DNA of 32,759 nucleotides from Blastocystis sp. subtype 4. Lineage: Eukaryota. The stretch covers positions 1 to 32,759 of the forward strand of contig NW_014569442.1 in assembly GCF_000743755.1 (NCBI RefSeq). Direction: 5' to 3'. A program made the translations under genes and the position numbers. Shown piece by piece: positions 10,632-21,715 of this stretch (position 1 is the stretch's first letter; each line of letters begins with the position of its first letter). The notes under the pieces are model-generated. The model was given only the letters and a program-made list of their open reading frames with translations. It did no database searches and had not been told where the DNA came from.

Positions 10632-12530
10632 ATGTGCATATGGCGTTCAGTCATAAGACGATGGAAAATGTGGAGATTATACAGTGTTGTATCAATTATT
10701 CTGTTTTGTTGTCATTTCATTTCTAAGTGGATGTGGAAGTAATTTGATATGGTTATTTGTAGTTATAATAGAGTCTTTCCTCTAGGTTCATGTGTCTGCA
10801 GCTATTATCCTGGGTTTTCGAATCACGAAGGCAGTTTTATATACCAGGGAAAACTTATCACTCCCTTAAGTAATAATGGAGTGAGATTTGATAAGTTGAA
10901 GTTGAAGTTGTGGATTATAACTAGATCATTGTCACTGGTGTCAAAAACTGTATTCTTTGACATTAACTCGCGCTTCTATGTTGATTCGGATTTGCGTGTA
11001 CCATACTTTGGAACGTTGTGTAGTAAGCCGAAGGTGTTGTGTATCTGATTTCTAGAAGAAAGTAACTGTTCTGATTACTGTCGACATCCTGTGAACACTG
11101 AAATGCGAAACCAACATAATGATGCCTACCTTCACTATTATAATAAAGATCTTAAATATGTTGATGGAGAGTATCAGATTCAACAAGAGTATAGTCTTTT
11201 TGTTTTTCGAGGCTCTGTACAATTATCTGATGAAGAATCCAAGAAGTTTCAATCAGGGTCGATGGATGAGCCAACATTCATGACTCCTAGGGATATTACT
11301 CTTGTTTCTCAAACATCGTTCATTTTGGATTCATGCCTAATTCATAGAGTTGAGCGTTTTTTCTTCATTTCCAGTCTCCTTCAACGATGGAAAGGGTCAC
11401 GTTTCTGTTATTGCTTTATCACTAGTCCTATCTCTATTACTATTTTCGTCCACAAAGATGCACTCGATAATCTGATTAAGCAGATTCTTCAGGCTCATTT
11501 TCCCTTTCGATTGCTTATTACGTTGTATATTCCTCTACATCCTGACAAAGATTGTATCCAGTATCCTGCACGGAATAGTTCACTTCATTGCCGTTCGCAA
11601 TCATTCTTTCCTCTCAATCGGCTTCGCAATATTGCACTTCGAAGAGTTGCTACTACTCATTTTCTACTTGTCGATATGGATTCATGGCCGTCAGGTATAC
11701 AAGTATTAGTGTTATCAATATAGAGGGTACTTATGATGCACTTCAGTCGCTCCCGCGGGACTACATGGATTCTTCAAAATTTGCTACAATCGTTCCTTTG
11801 TTCACTTTTCATCCTTCTTACTTCAGTAAAGAACGGTTTGCATTTCGTGAAGGTATTCTCAAGTATTGTAATACTTCCTCAATGATTCATAGAGCAAAAG
11901 AGCTGCTTCCAAAAACCAAAGAAGAACTTATCAGGGAGATTAAAGAGAACCATTTTGTTCGTTGTGGTGAAGTGGCTCAGAATCATGTACAGTATTCTAG
12001 GTTATTCTTCCTTAGCAATATCTTCCTCCCGAGTGGTACAATCTAAAGAATCAAACCAAAGTATTGTATCTTCCTTGCTTTCATAGTCTGTGGTTAGAAC
12101 CATATATTATGTTACGATCTTCCTCTTCTCTTCAATTATTTGATGAAACATTTGTCAATTATGGATTTAACAAGGTACAATGGATTGAAACTCTCCGGTA
12201 CTCTGGATATGAGTTTTATGTCCTTAATGACGGGTTTCTCATGGATATGCCACATAAATCGTATGGATAATTCTTCTGGATTAGTTCAATAGATCGAAAT
12301 TTGCTAAATGGTATTATTCCATTTTTACGAGGGGTCATCTAACTACGCTGAAAGTGTATCGATCCTTCTTACATCGTTTGAGACAGCAACCGGATCGAAG
12401 TCGACAGCTACTTTGTTTTAGTGATCATGAGTATTTGTATATTCATTGTTGTGAACATCCAAACTCTTCACCTTCACTGAGACTTTGGTTAGAACCTGAG
12501 CCTTATCATCAAACTCACTTCAGTACATAG
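10632..12530 (+). CDS. GT49 (LARGE/B4GAT1-like) glycosyltransferase, multi-exon
   Basis: DITLVSQ, RWKGPIS, FPLNRLRNIA, LLVDMD (DxD), EPY, FDETFVNYGFNKVQWI. N-terminal hydrophobic segment; both ends approximate. Confidence 0.82.
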
Positions 12531-12614
12531 CATAACTCAAACTGATAGAATTGTATTTTACCAATAACCACTATGCATAACATTCATTTTAGATTAGTTT
12601 TATCCCAATACAGT

Positions 12615-15062
12615 ATGCGGGTTTCTTTAACCTGTCTTTCAACTGGATTTAAGGATAATGATGGAGAGTTCGTTTTAGAATGTGAAAACTCCAAGTGAGT
12701 GAAGAAACCAATTCCGATGTGTAGATACTTGATCAATGCACGAGATGGAACTCAAAGACTGTGTAACGAATTCTCTATCCGACTGTCAAAACTAAAGGGG
12801 ATCTTCATCACAAGGATGTCTCCCGAAACACTTGGTGGACTTCCTGGTTTCGTATCTGTTCTTTTAGTTATTTGTAGGTATGCTTCTAACGATTTATGAT
12901 ATGGGATTGAGAGAATTGAAGATTTATGGTCCTGAAGGGTTATCTGTCTATATGGATACATTACAACTATTTATCAATCGGTATTGTTTATTGTTTGTGA
13001 ATCCCATTCAGTCCTGACTACGTTATTACGGTAATTGAGATTGAAGAGGATATGGATTCAATTGAACTTGATAATGACGTTGTCATCAGACCGTTTGTAA
13101 TCCACCCAACTCCATGTAGAATCTTGGAATGTATTCAATTTTAGCGTCTCTTGCTTTCACCAGAAAAACTTCCCAGACTCCCTGTATTATCATATTGTTA
13201 CTACTGACTTTCTAGATTCCCTCAATTTGTCTTTTAGTCTTGTTCAGCGAGAAACTGCATTGTATGGAAGTGAGATTAGTTATCTCATCGATATTCCAAG
13301 GATTAAAGGAAAGTTTTGTCCAGATAAAGCGAGAGCACTGGGAATTCCAAAAGGAATTCTATTCAAAACACTCAGTATGGGAGGAGAAGTTGAGATTGGT
13401 GACAAGGTGATTACCAGTGATATGGTCATGACTCCTCCTACACGAGGTCCGTGTGCTCTAATCCTGTCAATTCACTCAGAATCGATTTTGAATCAAAGTA
13501 TGCAATCGCGATTATTTAGTACAATTGGCAAGGAGATAACACTCCAATTCATTCTTCATTCTTCACCGTTCTCCCTCCGATCTTATCCTTTATATGAGCA
13601 AATTCTATCAACATTCTCTCAATTCCTTCATTATTCTCTACCTGATGCAGAAATCAATCGAATTCAGGTTCATGAAGCCAGTTCATTGATTCACACTCGT
13701 GTATCTACACTTTTCCCATCACTTTTCCCACCCCTCATCAGTTACTCTGATCATTCATCTGTATCTTCGATTTCTATTATCGTATCTTTACAAATGTGAA
13801 ATAAGCTCAAGGAACCTCATACTTTGATAACTCTAGTTCCTCACAAGCCTTCTCAGTCTCTCACATCAGCTGCACATCTCAGTGATGATCACTCATTATC
13901 AATGACAGAAATCGGGACAAAATCGTATTTCCAACGTCTACAAGAAATAACTCCGAAAACTACCATTCCAGGATCTCTTTTGTTTCTTGGTACAGGTTCG
14001 GCACTCCCAAGCAAGTATCGAAATGGTTTGGTTATAGATCGATTATCACCAGTAGTTACAGGTATGTTACTCAATAACTCCATTCTCCTTGACTGTGGTG
14101 AAGGAACCTTGAATCAGCTCCTCCGAGTAACCTCAGAAGACGAAGTCCTTACTCGAATCCGTGTGGTTCTGATCAGTCATTCACATGCTGATCATCACTT
14201 GGGTTTGCCACTTCTGTTAACTCAGTTAGCGAGGAGAGTGACAGAAGAATCAAAGTACACAGAGAAGCGGCCAAAGAGAATAGATCTGTCTCCTTTACTC
14301 ATTGTTGGGCCACCTCGAGTACGGTTATTCCTGGAAATGTGGAGTGCATTTATTCCTTCGATTTCTTCCGTCTATACTTATCTGGATATTCCAATAACCA
14401 CGGGGATTCATGGTCATGATCATGTGGCACTTCCTTCTCTTGCACCTACTTTAATTCGTTCCGAGGGAATCTTTGCTGAGACTCAGAGAGACGGAAGTTT
14501 CATTGTAGCAATCCGTGATCAGGACCTTACCTTCAAGTTCTATCCAGTAGGAGTTGATTCGGTTGCTGATGGTTAGATTGAGCATTGTGATGATTCTGTA
14601 AGCACTTTGGTTCATACTCCTTCCTTCACTTTGATGTACTCAGGAGATGGTCGGCCCAATGAACGAGTACAAGAATATATTCCATCAGAATGGTCCATTG
14701 ATGTGTTGGTGAATGAATGCACATTCAGTGATGATCGACAAGAACAAGCCAAAACTAAAAATCACTGTACATGTAGTGAGGCATTACATGTTGGTGAGAC
14801 TGTAAAGGCAAAATATACGATTCTGACTCATTTCTCACAACGATACCCTAAGAATCTGTGTCATGATCAAGGAATGAAGGAAACTCGTCAACTTGTCTTC
14901 AATAATGATAGTAAGTGGATCTATGCTCATGATCTTATGAATATTACATTTGATGATCTGGAAAGGATCTGTTTGATTCGGGATGAATTAGAAGCATGTT
15001 TTGTTTCTGATGAAGAGGAATCAAGTATTTCTTTTAAACAATCACATATATGCAATAATTAA
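12615..15062 (+). CDS. ELAC2: tRNase Z long form (ELAC2/Trz1), multi-exon
   Basis: YLINARDGTQRLCNE, GGLPG, GKFCPDKARALGIPKG, LGTGSALPSKYRNV, LLDCGEGT, SHSHADHHLG, YSGD, LTHFSQRYPK. The true end may be 15021 (poly(A)-made stop). Confidence 0.93.
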
Positions 15063-18000
15063 ACCTTTTCCATACCTTCAACCAACAATGGGAAGCATTC
15101 ATAAAACTCATTCTTTGCTTCCATTGTTGGGAACTCCAATGTTAAGGACCGAGAGGCATGCAAAGTAACAAGAGGTTTCTCATTTCCATTTTCAATCTTT
15201 GTGAATTCACTTAATAGCAAAAATGCCACTTTACCATGGAATATAGATTTCTTTCTCAGCCATTGAATCTACGTGTCACCTCATTCTCTTTATCCTCACA
15301 GCACGACCTCCTGAACTATGGGTAATCAGCGAAACTGTAGTCTCATGAGGTTTCCCACGAGAACAATGCTTCATACACACAATACCAGCTTTCAGTTTCT
15401 CTTCAATCATAGCAGTCTTACGAATTCTTTCTTCTTCTTCACGTCGTTTACGTTCCTCTTCCTCACGCTGTTTACGAATTCTCTCTTCTTCTTCACGGCG
15501 TTGTCGTTCAGCTTCTTCTCTTGCTTTTCTCTCTTCTTCTTCCCTTGCTGCCTTAACAGCAGGATCCTCATCAGGAGTGGTTGTTGCACTTACAATACTG
15601 TTGACAGTATTTGTAATAGAACTAGTTAACGAAGCAAATAGACTTGGAGAAGCATCTTTGCGCTCATCCTTATCACGTCTAAACATATTGAATATGCTCT
15701 TTTGTTTCTTTGTCTTTCCAAGCATTGGACCTGGTGACGAGACTTGTTCCAGAGGTGAGACTTGTTCCTTCTCTTCTTCATCGAATGGATTATGTGCTTC
15801 CTCTTTGGGTTTCTCTTCAGGAGCAGCAAATGGATTGCCTGATTCTTCTTCTTCTTCTGAAGGATTGTCGAAAGGATTTGGTGAAGTTACTTTCACTTCT
15901 GGGTCGAAGGGATTACCTGCCTCTTCTTCTTCTTCTGAAGGAGCATCAAATGGATTAGAAGAAGTGACTTTCAGATCTTCCTTCGGAGTCTCCTCTTCCT
16001 TCAGAGGTTCTTCCTCAGGCTTATCTTCCTTCTCCATAACATCCTCTTTGGGTTTGTCCTCCTTCTCAGTGACTTCTTCCTTAGGTTCTTCTTTCTTCAC
16101 ACTATTTGATGTGATATTATCAGTATTGAGAAGCATGAACTGAGATGAAACATGACTTCCAGAATCATGACAACGCTTTGCATGAGCTTGTGTATTGGCT
16201 GCCGCCAATTTCTTTCCACAAATTGTACACACGAAATCAGGATCTACTGATAACAAATTCATAATGAATACTTTCATCATCACCATCTTCTTCCTTATTT
16301 AGAATACTTGATAAACTCTTTGATGCTGATTTCATGAAGGTATTTAGAGCAAAACGATGTTTAATAGGACCATGATGAAGATCAGATACTCCTTCACTAT
16401 CACTTGATTCCTCTTCTGATTTCTTTTCTTCAGGCTTCTCTTCCTTTGGCTTCTCTTCAGATTTCTCTTCCTCTTTGGGTTTCTCTTCAGGAGCAGCAAA
16501 TGGATTGCCTGATTCTTCTTCTTCTTCTTCTGAAGGATTGTCAAAGGGATTTGGTGAAGTCACTTTCACTTCTTCTGGGTCGAAGGGATTACCTGCCTCT
16601 TCTTCCTCTTCTGAAGGAGCATCAAATGGATTAGAAGAAGTGACTTTCAGATCTTCTTTAGGCTCTTCTTTGGACTCCTCCTTGGGTTTGTCTTCCTTCT
16701 CCATGGGATCCTCTTTAAGCTCTTCCTTCTCAGTGACTTCTTCCTTAGGTTCTTCCTTCTGCTTCTCGTCACTTTCCTTCACACTCTCTTCCTTCGGCTT
16801 ATCAATATCTCCTCCAATCGGAAGATAACGCACACCTCTGAAGTCCTTACCAGGGATACAAGTGATCAAATGAATGATTGAATCCGTTTCTGTCAATGAC
16901 TTACCACACACGGTACAGATATAAGCCACTACACCTAAGCATTCCTTCACATTCCTACAAGGTTCTTCTTCCTCTAGTGTCTTAGAAGCAGCTTCTTCTT
17001 TTTGCTTCCTTTCTTCTTCCTCTTTCTCAGCAGCAGCTGCCGCTGCCGCAGCTTCAGCCTCCTTGCGCTTTCTCTTTTCCTCCTTCTTTCTCTTTTCCTC
17101 TTCCTCAGCAGCGGCAGCAGCTGCAGCAGCCTCGGCTTCCTTACGTTTTCTCTTTTCCTCCTTTCTCTTGCGCCTCTCTTCTTCCTCAGCAGCTGCTGCT
17201 GCCGCTGCAGCTTCCTCTTCTTTTCGTCTCTTCTTCTCTTCCTTTCTCTTCCTTCTCTCTTCCTCCTCAGCTTCGGCAGCAGCTGCAGCTGCAGCAGCAG
17301 CAGCTTCCTCTTCCTTTCGCTTCTTCTTCTCTTCCTTTCTCTTCCTTCTTTCTTCTTCTGTTTCTTCCACAGCCTTCACTTCCTCACCAGGTACTGGTGA
17401 TGAAGCAGCTTCAGCTTCCTTGCGCTTTCGTCTCTCCTCCTTTCGCTTTCGTCGAGCTTCCTCTTCCTCCTCCTGCTTCTTCTTCTCTTCAGCTTCAGCA
17501 GCAGCAAGAGCAGCAGCTTCAGCTTCCTTGCGCTTCTTCTTCTCTTCATGACGCTTCTTCCTTTCCTCTTCTGTCTCTTCTCCTCTTGGACTCTTCATCT
17601 CAGCTTCAGCGGCTTCGGCCTTTCTCTTTCTCTTCTCTTCCTTCTTGCGACGTTTCTCTTCAGCTTCTGCTTCAGCAGCAGCTGCAGCTGCTTCTTCCTC
17701 CTTCCTTCTTCGCTTTTCCTCTTTCTTCTTACGCTTGCGCTCCTCTTCATCATCATTCGAGGATTTCTTTTCCTCTTCTTCATCAGATGAAGAATCCTGA
17801 TTCTTCTTTCCAATTGTCTTCACAGAATTCAAAAAACTTGAGACAAATTTCGATTTCCCTTTGAAAATACCTCCTTCAGGTACTTGAGAGGCATCTACAA
17901 ATTCGTATCTTGCTGTTGCAACCTGACTATCAATATACTATCCATGCATTACCTTTTTCTTTTCCTCTTCCGTAGCCGGACAAACTTTGTCATGAGACCC

Positions 18001-18107
18001 AATGTCAGATTGTGGGACATAATAACCACATGCATAGCACAGAGCAAACATATCGGAGCTACGGAAATCAATCTTCGTTACATGAATCCATACTCTGGTT
18101 GTGGCAT
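15059..18107 (-). CDS. Large multidomain protein: 3 C2HC zinc fingers, K/E/A-rich helix, 9 NPF motifs, C-terminal PH-like domain
   Basis: Five 28-35-nt GT-AG introns join the C-terminal part of ORF 17938-18540, ORFs 16237-17832 and 15276-16286, and a last exon ending ...RSLTLEFPTMEAKNEFYECFPLLVEGMEKV*. Confidence 0.78.
15796..16760 (-). repeat. Internal direct duplication, ~290-bp copies at about 15796-16097 and 16465-16760
   Basis: Near-identical DNA encoding KEDLKVTSSNPFDAPSEEEEEAGNPFDPE..VTSPNPFDNPSEEEEESGNPFAAPEEKPKEE. Confidence 0.9.
16985..17780 (-). repeat. Coding low-complexity repeat: (EEERRKRKEEKKRRKEEE + poly-Ala) units
   Basis: Repeated gcagct/ttcttc tracts; visible in the translation of ORF 16237-17832. 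Confidence 0.85.
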
Positions 18108-18382
18108 TTTGGATAATACACAAAAATAAACTCAAAGATAATCCCGTAAGATGGGGATTGAAGATACTCCCAAAAATGAATGTGTGCCGAACAAAATGGA
18201 GGGGATTTTGGGATTCACTGGAACTATTCATATACCGAATTCTTACATGATGGAGATTGTGAATAGCTTGTAAAGACTGAACATTCATGAGTGAGAGAAT
18301 TGGAGAGAATTCTTGGACAACCAATATGGATCTCTTAACAAACAACTCTCCTGAATATGAACACAAAGAGTCTACTAATCCT

Positions 18383-19502
18383 TTATTCCAACCAATTTTC
18401 ACTTCGAAACTGGTAGCCACAACGAGGACAAGTGAATTCGACAAGAAAATCAACAGCATCCTTATTAACCCAAATCTCATCATGGGTGCTAATTGGGACA
18501 TACTCCTTGATTGCAAAACGTAGCATTTGCTTATTTCCACATTTCGAACAAACCATATCTACTAACTGACGGTTGTCATTCAGTTGACTGCTATTTCTAG
18601 ATCTAATCCCTTTATCGTGATATTACGATTTCATTGACTGCATTTCGGAGTAGTATTGGCTGAAGTCTACTTCTGTGATGTCTATGATCTTCTACTTCAT
18701 AATTACACTCCTCTGATTCGACTTTTAAAAGAATGAGCTGAATAATTGCGGTATCATCACAAGAGAGAAGATTCGAATCAAGAGAGCGAACCCACTGTCT
18801 CATCCGTTCTTCCTTTGACCACGTCATTTCAATTGTACGACCTTCAGTATTTGGTTTTGATATCCACAGCTCGCCACGTTCCCCTTTTGAGAGAATTACA
18901 CTCACCATTTGCATGACAATACTCCCTAACTCTCTCGCAAAAAGAAAGGAGTCATCCGAAGAAGAATCTGCGTGGTAAAAATCAAGGACTTCTTGCTTCA
19001 TCTTCAAGGGCATGAAATCAAATCGATATTGCAAGGAACGGGTTAACATCTTTGTCATAATTGCTGCAAAGGAATCATTTTCATTCCTTTCAATACGAGG
19101 AATGGGAGGTAATGATTCTATCACTGATTCATGGGGAAAATACAAACTCATATCAATAACACTATCAGATACTGCTTTTTTCTTCTGTTCGAGATCCCAT
19201 GCCTTTGACGATTCCGAAACAACGCGAGATGATGCTTCTTTTTCTCTTTGTGAACTTTTATCAATGGTTCGAATATCATTTCCAAGAGATATCTCACATT
19301 CAGCCTTCATCTGTAAATCACTCTTCAAATCCACTTCTACCTGTTTGCAATAATCTAAATCTTTGTTGAATTGGTCCACATCAATGATTTTGGATTGACC
19401 ATAATGACCGGCATGCATCGAGCAGAGAAAGTCAAGAAGACATAGTTTCACGTCACAACACTCAATACATGCATTCTTCTTTCCACAAACAGAACATTCC
19501 AT
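18383..19502 (-). CDS. Hypothetical protein: N-terminal B-box-like zinc finger, C-terminal TFIIS-like helical region and zinc ribbon; 2 introns
   Basis: CSVCGKKNACIECCDVKLCLLDFLCSMHAGH; spliced C-terminus DMVCSKCGN...THDEIW...FTCPRCGYQFRSENWLE*. Confidence 0.65.
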
Positions 19503-19524
19503 CACCAAGAAGAAAGAATGTCAT

Positions 19525-19532
19525 AACAAACA
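19525..19532 (-). terminator. Perfect TGTTTGTT polyadenylation element
   Basis: GAA T|GAGT|TGTTTGTT at the end of the REP gene. Confidence 0.8.
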
Positions 19533-19534
19533 AC

Positions 19535-21652
19535 TCATTCAGTGAGCTCATCAAATAGAGACAGTTCCTGAGCTATTTCATCTTCCTTACTTGCTTCCTT
19601 ACTACTATGAGTCTATTCGCTATTCAAGTCCCAAAATTCATACCTGAGGTAAGAAACGATCTCCTGGACACAGCTTCTCAAACATCTCTCGAACATGTTT
19701 CATGCGATGGTCCATATACAAATAACATCCTTCTTGTCGAGTAGGGAAGTAATAATAGTTTGAAGCAGAAGGCTGACAGGATCGAGTTACCTACAGTCAT
19801 ATCCATGAGCAGAACTCACTTCAATATAGTGACAATCATACAGAACAGAAACTGGAACTGAACTCGACAATTGGCCAAGATATCTCTGAACAGCAGTATC
19901 CATAATAGAATATAAGGAATCTATTGTATTCTCATCGACTTTCTCGATTTCCATGAAAGCATGAATCAAGGACTCTTGAGGAGCAGTCATTTTGAATTCG
20001 TCGTTCAGCTATACTTCACATAAAGTAATAAAAGGTACCACAAGGAGGTAGATTGCTCGATGAGACTCGGTTGCTGGAATTACAATAATCTCTCTCAAAT
20101 CCTTTTTATCTGCTATATCTCTTTTATCATTTCCTGTGAACAGATAGATTCCATGAATCACCTTTCCATAAATCGGTCGGATTTCCGTCATCCTTTCCAT
20201 AAACGGATAATCATCGCTTGCGATCACATTCTTGCATCGAATAACTGTATGAATGCTTTCATTTGCAATTTCGATAGCAAGGACCTTTTGATCCCGATTT
20301 CGTGTGATCACTCGAATCACTTGAGTCTGGAGCATTGTGAGACCTGCATACACATTATTGATTCTACAAAAGGACTGTAGAATATCGCCACATCCATAGA
20401 TCGGATAGAGGAATGGTGTTGTTCCATAGATGTTCAATGATTTGATGAACTCCTGAACACGATGAATTCCGTCTGGAGTGAGTAATGGGACAAAGGCTAA
20501 CTATCATTATTGAGGAAGAAGAGTACAATGAGAATCGGAGAGATATGACTGATCCGAGCCAGTTAAACAGATGGAATAGCTATCTGACCAATCATCTCCA
20601 ACATGCCTACATTATCATGTCTTTAAGAATACCTGTGATCTGGAATTCTGACTTCAGAAAATCAACAAACGGAACATTGGTATATTTCTCTAGATCAATG
20701 ATCAACACAGATTTGTTCTGAGGTCTGGTTAAACTACGGCCTTGCTTCAGCTCCACATCATTCACAGCCAAAGCATCTTCTTCTGTTGATGCAATACTAT
20801 CTCCAATGAACTGAATGAACTTTGCAAGAAATCGTTTATCCTTTAGACTGATTGTCTTGCTTGCAAAGACTTCCTGACGACTACATGGGAGTTTCATCAC
20901 TTCAGCTTTGGAATCTTGTTCGATCAAGGCAGAAATACTATTCTACAACAGAATTGAAATTAGGATGGAAATACCATAGGATAAAACTGTGTATATTGGC
21001 CAAGGCCAGACTCTGCTAAAACAGAAACAACCTCACCTTGAGAGAGAATCATGCTACTATTTATATCAAAATTGTAGCGTCGATTCTGTTTTATAATACG
21101 CTCTTCTACAGATTGAAGTTCAGGAGAATCTGAATCTGATGACTCTGCTATCATCTCCCTCCAGAACGAAACAGAAGGTTTATTCCATTCATCTACGACA
21201 TTGTGAAGACATACGTCATTGGGAGAATACTGTTCAGGAGTGATTGGCTCTTCTTCAGTAACAACAAAGGTCTCCTTTTCCCAATCAATTGTACGACGAG
21301 TCACAGGTTGATTCAATAAACGAAGACACTCTTCAACAGCTATGATCACAACAAAGTCTAATATTTACGTAAGGGACTAATATCAAATGGTAGTTTACTC
21401 AGATCTTTATCCTTTGGAAAGTTTCGTAGTTCCGAATAGGAAAGAGAAGCTTGATTCGACCCATAGAAGGAATTCTATGATATGAATATCAACAATCCAT
21501 ATCTACTGTATCAATTAGTAATACACGCTTCCCAATTCGAGATAATGCACTAGGTTTCATTCTTCCTTGATTCCAAACCCCGCAAATACCGAATTCTCAA
21601 AGTTTGTTCCCAGAAGCACATAATCGTATTCTGCTTGTAACTCCTTATCCAT
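19535..21652 (-). CDS. Rab escort protein (REP/CHM-like, GDI superfamily), multi-exon
   Basis: EYDYVLLGT..NSVFAGALSRIGKRVLLIDTNSFYGS, long REP-type insert, RRYNFD, LPCSRQEVFASK..LKDKRFLAKFI, YGTTPFLYPIYGCGDILQSFCR. Confidence 0.9.
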
Positions 21653-21715
21653 CGATGATGCTTAATAATCAACTGAACTCACAGCAATCGTTCTCTATTG
21701 ATAGAGATTTTTGGA

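Noticed and set aside
14690..14790. ELAC2 HEAT/HST motifs read NECT/HCT
   Set aside because: The key Glu and His and the HxHxDH motif are intact; likely ordinary divergence.
15318..17864. Many + strand Ser/Phe/Leu-rich ORFs
   Set aside because: Antisense shadows of the low-complexity minus-strand gene.
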